NCBI GenBank assembly: GCA_021829145.1
Contig: JAJZOE010000040.1
Coordinates: 8,098 to 32,097, forward strand
Reading direction: 5' to 3'
DNA length: 24,000 bases
Source: a bacterium
Lineage (GTDB): Bacteria; Patescibacteriota; Saccharimonadia; Saccharimonadales; UBA4665
Shown piece after piece: positions 9,175-16,842 of the stretch (position 1 is the stretch's first letter; each line of letters opens with the position of its first letter). The notes below the pieces were generated by a model. It did no database searches. It saw only the letters and a list, made by a program, of their open reading frames with translations, and had not been told where the DNA came from. Position numbers and translations under genes: made by a program.

Positions 9175-9203
9175 AAACTACCATAAAATATGTAAACAGT
9201 CAA
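9175..9203 (-). promoter_or_regulatory. Candidate promoter for the 241-aa gene and downstream genes (-35 TTGACT, 17-nt spacer, -10 TAGTTT)
   Basis: Read on the minus strand: TTGACT (9203-9198), spacer 9197-9181, TAGTTT (9180-9175). The -10 ends only 6 nt before ATG 9168, implying a leaderless or very short leader. Motif-level evidence only. Confidence 0.3.
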
Positions 9204-9269
9204 TAGCATGTATCCGTCCATTTATCCTCCTCCCGAACATCTTGCACACTCTCACTAAACTAGAAAGGA

Positions 9270-9983
9270 GTGAAAGTGAGATACAGACGTATGAGCGAGA
9301 AGCAACTATTGGTATATGGGGCCAGGATTAGATTGGCCTGGTTTAGAAAAGCAGAGGAACTTGGGAGTGTTAGTGCTGCCTGTAAGTACTATGGCATACC
9401 TAGGCGAACATACTACTACTGGTACAAACGTTATGTTGACGGCCACAAACTGTTAACTAGCCTATATGACTTACCTAGGATCCCTAAGAGTCATAAACAG
9501 GACTTAAGCGAAGAGTTAGTTAGCCTCATTGTTCAGCTAAGACTAGGGCTCGGCTATGGAGAGAATGCCTTAACTCATGTTCTAGGCAGAGATTATGGCG
9601 TACGCCTATCCCATCATGCGGTTGGTAATGTACTGCGCAGAGCATCTTTAACCGAACCTAAGCCCCGTAAAAGGCGTACACAACGTCAACTTAATGACTA
9701 TCCTTACAAACCAGGTGAAGTAGGACAGATGGATGTTAAGCATTGGAAACGGGTGGCTTACCAGTACGATTTAATTGACTGCGCCACCAGGATTAAGTAC
9801 AAACGTTTGTATCCAGGTTACAGTCCAGCTGAAACCATAGACTTTCTAAAACACGCCATCAGGTTCTTTGACCCAGCTTTTAGCTTTAAGACTATTCAAA
9901 CAGACAATGGCCCAGAGTTTGTTTACGACACCAAGCCACAGATTAAATTAACTACCGTCTCACCAGTTACTAAGTGGCTAGAC
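9270..9983 (+). pseudogene. IS481-like (rve integrase-core) transposase, 5' fragment
   Basis: HTH-like N-terminus, then the DDE core start: GQMDVKHWKRVAYQYDLIDCATR...IQTDNGPEFV. The frame breaks at the nested IS. The 12 codons after 9983 in the ORF track (STYAKSVSSNW) are read from the inserted element. Confidence 0.8.
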
Positions 9984-9998
9984 TCGACTTACGCAAAA
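9984..9998. repeat. Left terminal inverted repeat of the nested IS (TCGACTTACGCAAAA)
   Basis: Exact reverse complement of 11106-11120, checked base by base. Confidence 0.9.
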
Positions 9999-11050
9999 TC
10001 AGTCAGCTCAAACTGGTAGGCAGGATTTCTCCAAAGCTGTTTCTGGTATTCCCGTAAGGGGATATGCTTAACCTCGTACATGGTGGTCTGCATTTGCTTG
10101 GCTAGTTCATTGAATTGATGCCAAACAACAAAAGCAATGCAGATATGGTTCCGCTGTTTTCTACCTTTCCTGGCTTGGCACTTGGCTACGCCAGTTAATT
10201 GTTTAACCTCTCTATGAAACTGTTCGATCTTCCAACGAAAGCCGCCAACCTGTTTGGCAGCCTCTGTGGTCTCGGTACTTACTTGGTTCGTCACCAAGTA
10301 TTCCACCCGGTGTTTAGCCGTGAGCTGGAATAGTTTCAACTTCTTATCTTTAGGCAGAAAATCTACGCAAACAAGCTTGCCATGTTCTTTAAGCTCGGGA
10401 TCTTCCCAGTCCAGATCACCAACATGCTTGTAGATAATCTGCATTTCGCCAGTCGTCTCGTTGGGGTACTCGTAGCTCACTATCCGGCTTTTAGGCATCA
10501 CGCCAAAGAAGTATTTATTGATGCGAATTACGTATTGCATGATCTGCTTGCAGGTGTAACCTGCGTCAATGAGAACTGTGGTAAATGGTGCACGGCTAGG
10601 GTGCAGTTCACCTATGGCTTGCCAGTACCGAATCATCTCTAGGGCATGAGCTGTTTTCTTCTTACCGTCAGTAGCTTTGTCATAAATCCGGTAGTCAAGT
10701 ATCCAGTATTTGTCTAGTTCAGGATTAATGTAGACCAGCGTGACAACACCAATGCCAGTGGTAATGCTATGCTTTTGTCCGGAGTACTGGGCGGAGGCTA
10801 CTTCAATCTGTTCGGACGATGCTTTATCCATGACCGTGTCATCCAGAGCCAAATAGCCGTTCTTACTGGGGATGATGAGCTCCAAGGCTTTTTCCCGTAC
10901 TACCTTGGGCGACAACTTAATGGTAGCGATTGATCTGCCTATGGTGTCATGGGACACTGTCCCGATGACTTCTGAGAAGTAAGTAGCCGTAAAGTTATCT
11001 ACCCCATTAAGTAACATCTGAGCATAGTCAGACGTCACGATTTTTGCCAT
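9989..11050 (-). CDS. DDE transposase, IS4 superfamily (IS701-like)
   Basis: 353-aa ORF. Candidate DDE residues lie in LALDDTVMD, VLIDAGYT and FRWKIEQFHREVKQLTG (R-x3-E-x6-K signature of IS4-type enzymes). An AAGGAGA SD lies 5 nt upstream of the ATG. The 3' end of the ORF runs into the terminal repeat. Confidence 0.85.
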   Translation of the reverse strand: MAKIVTSDYAQMLLNGVDNFTATYFSEVIGTVSHDTIGRSIATIKLSPKVVREKALELIIPSKNGYLALDDTVMDKASSEQIEVASAQYSGQKHSITTGIGVVTLVYINPELDKYWILDYRIYDKATDGKKKTAHALEMIRYWQAIGELHPSRAPFTTVLIDAGYTCKQIMQYVIRINKYFFGVMPKSRIVSYEYPNETTGEMQIIYKHVGDLDWEDPELKEHGKLVCVDFLPKDKKLKLFQLTAKHRVEYLVTNQVSTETTEAAKQVGGFRWKIEQFHREVKQLTGVAKCQARKGRKQRNHICIAFVVWHQFNELAKQMQTTMYEVKHIPLREYQKQLWRNPAYQFELTDFA

Positions 11051-11105
11051 ATATTCTCCTTGTATTTGTTTTTAGGTCACAAAGATATTTTAGGCTAGAT
11101 TAGGG

Positions 11106-11120
11106 TTTTGCGTAAGTCGA
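11106..11120. repeat. Right terminal inverted repeat of the nested IS (TTTTGCGTAAGTCGA)
   Basis: Exact reverse complement of 9984-9998. Confidence 0.9.
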
Positions 11121-11121
11121 A

Positions 11122-11456
11122 TAGAGAGCCATAGTATTGAGCATGGTTGCATACCGGTTCGTTCACCACATCTTAACGGTAGAATTGAACGATCTCATGG
11201 TGTAGATAAAGACCGTTACAAACGTCTAACGACAAACAGCCACGACAAAAGTGAATTGCAAGCCTTCCTCATTGATGACTGCCTAGACTACAACTTCTAC
11301 CGACCGCACAGTATGCTGAACATGATGACACCAATTGAGTACTTACAAAGTCTGCCTGGCTACGAGAACGCTAATATTGATACAAGTTGCTACTTGTTTA
11401 GGAGGGCGACCAGCAGCAAATTAACCAAGATCTATCATTTCTACACCAAGAGATGA
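11122..11456 (+). pseudogene. IS481-like transposase, 3' fragment
   Basis: Same frame as 9270-9983. It translates to ...HSIEHGCIPVRSPHLNGRIERSHGVDKDRY...FYRPHSMLNMMTPIEYLQ, which holds the catalytic E region and the rve C-terminal motif. The frame has no stop before the putative IS end and terminates at TGA 11454-11456, inside the convergent neighbouring gene. Confidence 0.75.
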
Positions 11457-14400
11457 GTAGTCAACCAAGTAGTATCCGCGATCATCAGTATAAACTGCCT
11501 CTGGATGTATAGCTATAATATCCTGAGCCATTACACCGATATAGCATTTCTCTTTTCCAATGTATTTAAAGGTGTACATGGGAACGTTATCATCTGTTGT
11601 ATAGAGGTACCTAACCTCTTGTTTTAACCTAATATCTGAAGGTGCTGGAGGACCTGGAGGGCCAATAGGAGGTCCTGCAGGCCCCGGAGGACCTGGTGGT
11701 GGCATATTTGCAGCGGCAGCTTCTTGATTGGTAGTCAATACTTTTTTATATTGTTGGAATTCTCTATCTGACTCAACGGCTGAAAGAACCTCGCCAAGAG
11801 TTCCTGCTCTTCTGGATACTTCAGCCCTTTCCATTACAGGCATATTGGTAGAAGTGTCTATGGCCGGGTTTCCGTCTTTATCCATTACCTGCCTCATACC
11901 ATACACTGGTACGGAAGTAACTGAAGTCAACGGAAGATTTTGTCCCATGACCGCTCCTACAATTGCGTTGTTTTCTGGACTTAACTGCGACGCTATGTCA
12001 AGAAACGAGGATGTATGTGCAAGTGTACGTTTAAGTTGACGTTCTGCATTTGCTATAGCTACCTGATTACCTGATTGTCTTGCTGTTTGAACATCTGCAA
12101 CTGCTCTTCCGAGCCTACGCTGCATTGCAGGTACCATAATTTGAAGAGAGTTATTTCTAGCACTACCAATTTCGCCTGCACTCTTGGTGTCCATAACCTC
12201 ATCGGTCATAATCTCGTTAACTGCAGCATCGTTCGTATTACCCGTATAGAGTTGAGACAATTGATCCATAGACGTGGCAACCCCAGCCCCGTATAGATCC
12301 ACACGCCTAGCTTGCTGCGCCTGCTGCCTGGCACTAATTAACATCCTGGCTGCTCTAGCCCTGTCTCTTCCAGCAACACGGTTGATTGTACGTAACATTT
12401 CTGCTGGACCTCCTCTATAACCAGTTCCTGTTCCTGCTAAGTTAGCAGCTGCAAAATCCTCAAACGCCTCAACTCCAACTTCTTTTCTGGCTCTAATAAT
12501 TGACGAAACATTTTGATCAAGCTCGGCACCAGTTTGCCCGATTCCCTCTAAGTAAGAGCGTATATCTTCTTCGGTTCTGTTACGGTATAAGGCTGCTCTA
12601 AGCAGATCATCATTACCTTTAATCATACTCACTGCAGCGCTTTTTTCTGCTTCTGATGAATGCACGCTTGTCATTTCAGATCTAACAGAATCTAGGTTGC
12701 CTCTAATTCTGGCAGGATTAAGTCCTGCTTTCCCCGATGCAATTAGGGAAGCGCTTTGGAGCCTTTGATTTAGCCTGTGTCTTAGGCTAGAAGGGTCCGC
12801 ATTCTTAAAGTGTTTACCTGCTAGAGTGTTATTGAAATTCTTTGCGGCTTGTTTTCTGGCCATACCCATCAGGGGTTTATTTACTCTAGATGTCATCTTG
12901 GATACAGCTCCGGATACACTCCCTATCACGCCACCTGACATTCTAAAAGCAAACGGTATTAGGAATAACGGGGCAACAACTGCAATAAGCGCCATACATT
13001 GGGCAAGAATTGTTGGTTTAATGGTCTGATCAAAATCACTCATAACCACACCGCTCACGTATGCCATTGCAAATACAGAAGTAACTATTGGGTATACGGT
13101 CAAAGTCTTGATTAGTAGTCCCCACCATTTCTTAAAATATTGTTCCGTATTAGGCAGAACATAAAGAGCAAAAGCTACAGGTGAAATTAAAAGAAGAAAA
13201 ACTAATAGCCCCTGTCGGACTATAACAGTTATAAATATGCCTAGAACTGCTACAAGTGCCATTATTACAACCAATAATAAGATGCCAATACTGCCTGCCG
13301 TAAGTACGCCAAAGGCTAAAGCACCAAGACCTAGAGATAAAGCACCTACGCCTAAAAGGCCGGTTCCTCCACCTATATTCATTCCTGGTAAGACGCTCTT
13401 ACTCCCACCCATAATCGACCCAGCCGCTGCTCTGAAAGGAGCCTCAATAATTGAGCTTATACCAGCACCAAGTATGTTGAAGATATCTTCAAGCCCGGCG
13501 ACGATGTAAATTGATAAATTAATTAAGATGGCCGCTACAAGGATCCGGGGCAATACTTTTCTAACGGTGTAAGCTTCAATCATGCCACCACCTGCAGCCT
13601 CCCCATATACGATTGCCAACATCGCAATCACCAGGATAATATCGCCATATAACCGGAAGTTTGACCAAACATGATACAATGCAGAACTAAAATTCGCTTC
13701 AGAGCTACAGGAGGACCCAGGCTTGTTAGAACAGCTCAGGCTGCTTGTAAAACTAATTGGCTTAGTTTGAAGCAGGTCTTGAACATATTTTTCAATACTC
13801 TGTTCGGCGCCGGTTACCGCATTTATAACAGGACATATAACCCAAGCTAGAGAGAAACCACTAGACTCACATTGTGACGGTCCACTAGAAGGCGTTTGCG
13901 CAGGGGTAGATGTTGACGATGCATTCGCTGGTACGAAACGTTGATTTTTTACTAAAATAATGGAAATTGGCTGTGACATACTTGCATTTAAATTTTTAAG
14001 CTTTTCTGACGACTCAACTTGATAATAAGGAGGATTGCCCAATGGTGATGGCGAATAGTTGATGACTACATCATATTTATTTGGCGTAACATTGTGTGCC
14101 TGAAACACGCCATCATTTACGGCCGTTAATGATTTATCACCATTTGAACAACTGGATGAATTTTTAGACGCTAATATTAAACAAAGCCCAACATATGTAC
14201 CATTTTTGGGAGCTTTCGTTGTATTACAGCTTGAATTGCAGGTACTATTTTGGGTATATCCAACATCGAAGGTAACCGTAGGAATAACCTTTGTTTTAGT
14301 AGTGGATAGTGTAATACTAGACGTTTTATATACTCCTAGCCACTGACTCACCTTGCCACACAGATTAATGAACGCAATAGCAGAAGAAGATCCTTTAGTG

Positions 14401-14807
14401 ACTTCTAAATTGACATTTGTGTTATTGTTTGCGTTTTGGCAGGCTTGTATGTTTTGGGTGGTGGCAACATTTTTAAAGTATGGGGAGAGAAAACAGTTAT
14501 TTGATGTATCGTAATTATAACTAGAATAAACTCCGCCATTTATTGAAAACTTATATCCCGTAGAGTTGGATTTATTACTTACACCGTTAATAGGAAAACA
14601 CAATTGTATTGAATCGGCTGCCCCAATTGTGTTTATTGGGGTTGAGCCGTCTATTATTGTTAGTTGCTGTGTATTATTTGAGGTAGATGAAGCGTGTGCT
14701 ATTTTAGAAGTCTTTATAACTAAAGACATAAAGACAGCAAAGAAAAGAATAAACAGAAGCCCAATTATTTTTATTTTTCTCATGTTAAATTTCTTATATC
14801 TTGTCAT
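11421..14807 (-). CDS. TrbL/VirB6-like polytopic membrane protein with a Cys-rich N-terminal ectodomain, a long helical C-terminal region, a collagen-like tract and a C-terminal Peptidase_S74 intramolecular-chaperone domain
   Basis: 1128-aa ORF. Signal/anchor is IIGLLFILFFAVFMSLVI. Residues about 35-380 are N/S/T-rich with 12 Cys. Residues about 385-635 hold about 7-8 TM helices, including the VirB6/TrbL-like RQGLLVFLLLISPVAFALYVLPNTEQYFKKWWGLLIK. The C-terminal features are listed separately. The alternative start is ATG 14783. Confidence 0.85.
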   Translation of the reverse strand: MTRYKKFNMRKIKIIGLLFILFFAVFMSLVIKTSKIAHASSTSNNTQQLTIIDGSTPINTIGAADSIQLCFPINGVSNKSNSTGYKFSINGGVYSSYNYDTSNNCFLSPYFKNVATTQNIQACQNANNNTNVNLEVTKGSSSAIAFINLCGKVSQWLGVYKTSSITLSTTKTKVIPTVTFDVGYTQNSTCNSSCNTTKAPKNGTYVGLCLILASKNSSSCSNGDKSLTAVNDGVFQAHNVTPNKYDVVINYSPSPLGNPPYYQVESSEKLKNLNASMSQPISIILVKNQRFVPANASSTSTPAQTPSSGPSQCESSGFSLAWVICPVINAVTGAEQSIEKYVQDLLQTKPISFTSSLSCSNKPGSSCSSEANFSSALYHVWSNFRLYGDIILVIAMLAIVYGEAAGGGMIEAYTVRKVLPRILVAAILINLSIYIVAGLEDIFNILGAGISSIIEAPFRAAAGSIMGGSKSVLPGMNIGGGTGLLGVGALSLGLGALAFGVLTAGSIGILLLVVIMALVAVLGIFITVIVRQGLLVFLLLISPVAFALYVLPNTEQYFKKWWGLLIKTLTVYPIVTSVFAMAYVSGVVMSDFDQTIKPTILAQCMALIAVVAPLFLIPFAFRMSGGVIGSVSGAVSKMTSRVNKPLMGMARKQAAKNFNNTLAGKHFKNADPSSLRHRLNQRLQSASLIASGKAGLNPARIRGNLDSVRSEMTSVHSSEAEKSAAVSMIKGNDDLLRAALYRNRTEEDIRSYLEGIGQTGAELDQNVSSIIRARKEVGVEAFEDFAAANLAGTGTGYRGGPAEMLRTINRVAGRDRARAARMLISARQQAQQARRVDLYGAGVATSMDQLSQLYTGNTNDAAVNEIMTDEVMDTKSAGEIGSARNNSLQIMVPAMQRRLGRAVADVQTARQSGNQVAIANAERQLKRTLAHTSSFLDIASQLSPENNAIVGAVMGQNLPLTSVTSVPVYGMRQVMDKDGNPAIDTSTNMPVMERAEVSRRAGTLGEVLSAVESDREFQQYKKVLTTNQEAAAANMPPPGPPGPAGPPIGPPGPPAPSDIRLKQEVRYLYTTDDNVPMYTFKYIGKEKCYIGVMAQDIIAIHPEAVYTDDRGYYLVDYSSLGVEMIDLG
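11424..11639 (-). other. Peptidase_S74-like intramolecular chaperone / autoproteolysis domain (C-terminal 72 aa of the VirB6-like protein)
   Basis: SDIRLKQEVRYLYTTDDNVPMYTFKYIGKEKCYIGVMAQDIIAIHPEAVYTDDRGYYLVDYSSLGVEMIDLG. It matches the family hallmarks S-D-x-R-x-K (Ser/Lys dyad with a 5-residue offset), hIGhhAQ-h...P-hV and h-V-D-Y-s-x-L. Confidence 0.75.
11640..11705 (-). repeat. Collagen-like Gly-Pro-rich tract (PPPGPPGPAGPPIGPPGPPAP) immediately before the S74 cleavage serine
   Basis: The plus strand reads ggtgctggaggacctggagggccaataggaggtcctgcaggccccggaggacctggtggtgg. The protein shows G-P-P/G-P-A triplets with one interruption. Confidence 0.85.
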
Positions 14808-14859
14808 TTTAACTAATAAATACTACAAAATTCATTCACTTTTTCCATTTTCATCTAGA

Positions 14860-14888
14860 ATTATAAACAAAAGCATTAAAAAAATCAG
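14860..14888 (-). promoter_or_regulatory. Weak candidate internal promoter upstream of the VirB6-like gene (-35 CTGATT, 17 nt, -10 TATAAT)
   Basis: Located in the 102-nt AT-rich gap between the VirB4 stop and the VirB6-like start. The -10 is perfect and the -35 is poor. Motif evidence only. Confidence 0.25.
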
Positions 14889-14909
14889 TTATTTGGCTAA
14901 ACCACTGCA

Positions 14910-16841
14910 TTACACGCCTGGACTTAGGTGGTTTGTTAAATCAATCGTTCCGCCAATAGGAGTGTTACTATTTTGTAGATTTACACTAGCATTCCTATTC
15001 TCTATCTGATTAACCTCTTGAGGATTTGTGGTAATTAGGGATGTTTCTGTTGGACTGGCAATTACTTGAATATGAACATGGTTTTGCCCGGCGAAGAATA
15101 GACCTTGGCCAACTGGAAACTGACTTAATCTTTTTTTCTCTTCGGTGGTTAACTTAAATACATCACTTAGCATGTCTACTGCAGATGGAGATTGCTTTAA
15201 TAGGAACTGCATGGAAGCGTTGGCAACAATTGCTCTTCCCATGCGGCTACCCATAAAATCTTCGACATCTTGGGTGACCGTTGTTATCCCCAAGTTATAC
15301 TTCCGGGCTCTCTTAGCCACGCTAAACAAGAAGTTGGCCGAATCCTCGTACTTCATCAGCTGCCAGGCTTCATCTACTATTAGAATCCTTCTCTTCTTAT
15401 CTGTTTTTGTACGATTCCAGATATAGTTTAAAACTATATACATAGCTACCGGTCTAAGCTCGTCTTCAAGATCTCTTACGTTAAACACGACCATCTGGTT
15501 ATTTATATCGATGTTAGACTGTTGGCTAAATATCCCGGCAAAGGTTCCGCTGGTATATTTTCTCAAACGTTGGGCTAGTTGTGGCCCAAAACCACCCATA
15601 TGCAGCAAAGTGTCATAAAGATCATTTATTGTCGGCGGCTTACTGCTATGAGTAAGCGGATCATTGGTAATCCCCGCTCTGGCATAAGTGTCTATAAGCG
15701 CCGCGTCAAGATCTGCTTCTTCTGAAGGTGTTAGTGCTGGCATTAAGGTGGCGTTGCCACCAACCAGCTGAGCCTGAGCCCCACCCATCATTAGTCTTAA
15801 AAGCCCATGCAGGGTAATAAGGTTAGACCTTAAGGCGTTGTCGGCTTCTTCTTCATCAACCACTCTAGGCAAATCAAACGGGTTAACGCGCGTTGAACTG
15901 CTAAGACTTAACCTTACATAAGCTCCGCCTACCGCATCACAGAGCCTTTGGTATTCGTTTTCCGGGTCAATAATAATTATCTCGGTACCGAACATCATCG
16001 ATCTCAGGGCTTCAAGTTTTACGGTAAATGACTTACCGGCTCCAGACTTAGCGAATACAACCGAGTTACCGTTTTCCAGACTGAAGCGGTCAAAGATGAC
16101 CAGGCCGGAGTTATGCATATTTATCCCGTAGAGAATGCCATTATCCTGGCTAAGATCGGCAGAGGTAAAAGGAAAACTGGTACTCAGAGCGCCGGTACTC
16201 ATGTTACGGCGAATTTGCAATTGATCGGAAAGTTGAGGAACGGTAGAGTTTAAACCCTGTTCTTGTTGGGCTGTAGCCGGTTTACTATAGACCAGTTGTT
16301 CGCCAAGCATAGACTCTACTTTGTGTGTTACGAAATCTAACTCGTCTTTTGATTCAGCATAAATAGTGAAGTAAAAACCAAAACGGAAGAATCTTTCCTC
16401 TCCTACCTGCAGTTTATCTCTAATTTCTTCGGCATCTTGGATGGCGGCTTGTTTGCCCGGGTCTCGGACTTTGCCCTTCTCCATGTCTATCTGAATACCA
16501 GCCTCTAACTGGGTGACCTTTTTTCGCAGGTTTTCTAATACAACCTGACTTTCAACTGGATAGATATAGAGGCTAATATCCATAACCTCGTCCAAGTTAA
16601 CCATGCCGCTCAGCCAGCCGGTATATAGTTGCCTCGGATAGCCGTAGACATAAAAAGTGCGGGCAAACCTGGTTCCTATCTGGAAGAAAGAACTGTTAAA
16701 CTCGATTGAACTTGGGGCAATAAAATCTCTAAGGGCAGCAACGCCTTTTTGAAAGGCTTCTTGTACTTCTCTTTTTTCCTGCTCTCTTTGGTTTTGGGCA
16801 AGGGTAATAGGATCCACCGATTGTTTCTTACCAAAGGCCAT
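14910..16841 (-). CDS. virB4: VirB4/TrbE/PrgJ-family T4SS ATPase (C-terminal two-thirds of a typical VirB4)
   Basis: Walker A AKSGAGKS is encoded at 16029-16052 (verified codon by codon). Walker B is RRILIVDEAWQLM. The N-terminal IAPSSIEFNSSFFQIGTRFARTFYVYGYPRQLYTGWLSGM block is typical of Gram-positive VirB4. The start is taken as ATG 16841. The ORF track's TTG at 16850 would overlap the upstream stop. Confidence 0.93.
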   Translation of the reverse strand: MAFGKKQSVDPITLAQNQREQEKREVQEAFQKGVAALRDFIAPSSIEFNSSFFQIGTRFARTFYVYGYPRQLYTGWLSGMVNLDEVMDISLYIYPVESQVVLENLRKKVTQLEAGIQIDMEKGKVRDPGKQAAIQDAEEIRDKLQVGEERFFRFGFYFTIYAESKDELDFVTHKVESMLGEQLVYSKPATAQQEQGLNSTVPQLSDQLQIRRNMSTGALSTSFPFTSADLSQDNGILYGINMHNSGLVIFDRFSLENGNSVVFAKSGAGKSFTVKLEALRSMMFGTEIIIIDPENEYQRLCDAVGGAYVRLSLSSSTRVNPFDLPRVVDEEEADNALRSNLITLHGLLRLMMGGAQAQLVGGNATLMPALTPSEEADLDAALIDTYARAGITNDPLTHSSKPPTINDLYDTLLHMGGFGPQLAQRLRKYTSGTFAGIFSQQSNIDINNQMVVFNVRDLEDELRPVAMYIVLNYIWNRTKTDKKRRILIVDEAWQLMKYEDSANFLFSVAKRARKYNLGITTVTQDVEDFMGSRMGRAIVANASMQFLLKQSPSAVDMLSDVFKLTTEEKKRLSQFPVGQGLFFAGQNHVHIQVIASPTETSLITTNPQEVNQIENRNASVNLQNSNTPIGGTIDLTNHLSPGV

Positions 16842-16842
16842 A

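Larger units (their letters stand above)
9983..11121 (-). mobile_element. Intact about 1.14-kb IS (IS4/IS701-like) nested inside the IS481-like transposase gene
   Basis: Perfect 15-bp terminal inverted repeats (9984-9998 and 11106-11120) bracket a single transposase ORF. TAGA is present on both flanks (9979-9982 and 11122-11125) and may be a 4-bp target duplication. Excising the element restores the IS481 frame as ...VTKWLESHSIEHGCIPVRSPHLNGRIERSH. Confidence 0.8.
9229..11405 (+). mobile_element. IS481-family-like insertion sequence, inactivated by a nested IS; boundaries approximate
   Basis: Carries an rve/IS481-type transposase frame. Imperfect terminal inverted repeats are CCTCCCGAACATCTTGCA (9229-) against the reverse complement of 11388-11405, CCTCCTAAACAAGTAGCA (13 of 18 match). 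Its length without the nested insert is about 1.04 kb. No target-site duplication could be identified. Confidence 0.5.

Noticed and set aside
11640-11705. The GGN/CCN-rich DNA of the collagen-like tract as a slipped-strand phase-variation repeat.
   Set aside because: The DNA triplets are imperfect (ggt gct gga gga cct gga ggg cca ata gga ...), not a homopolymer or exact short tandem repeat. It is better explained as coding for Gly-Pro-X triplets.
14566-15009. 147-aa plus-strand ORF spanning the VirB4/VirB6-like intergenic gap.
   Set aside because: It overlaps the 5' end of the VirB6-like gene and the 3' end of virB4 in antisense. Its hydrophobic sequence is explained by the AT-rich antisense of a signal-peptide region, and it has no SD.
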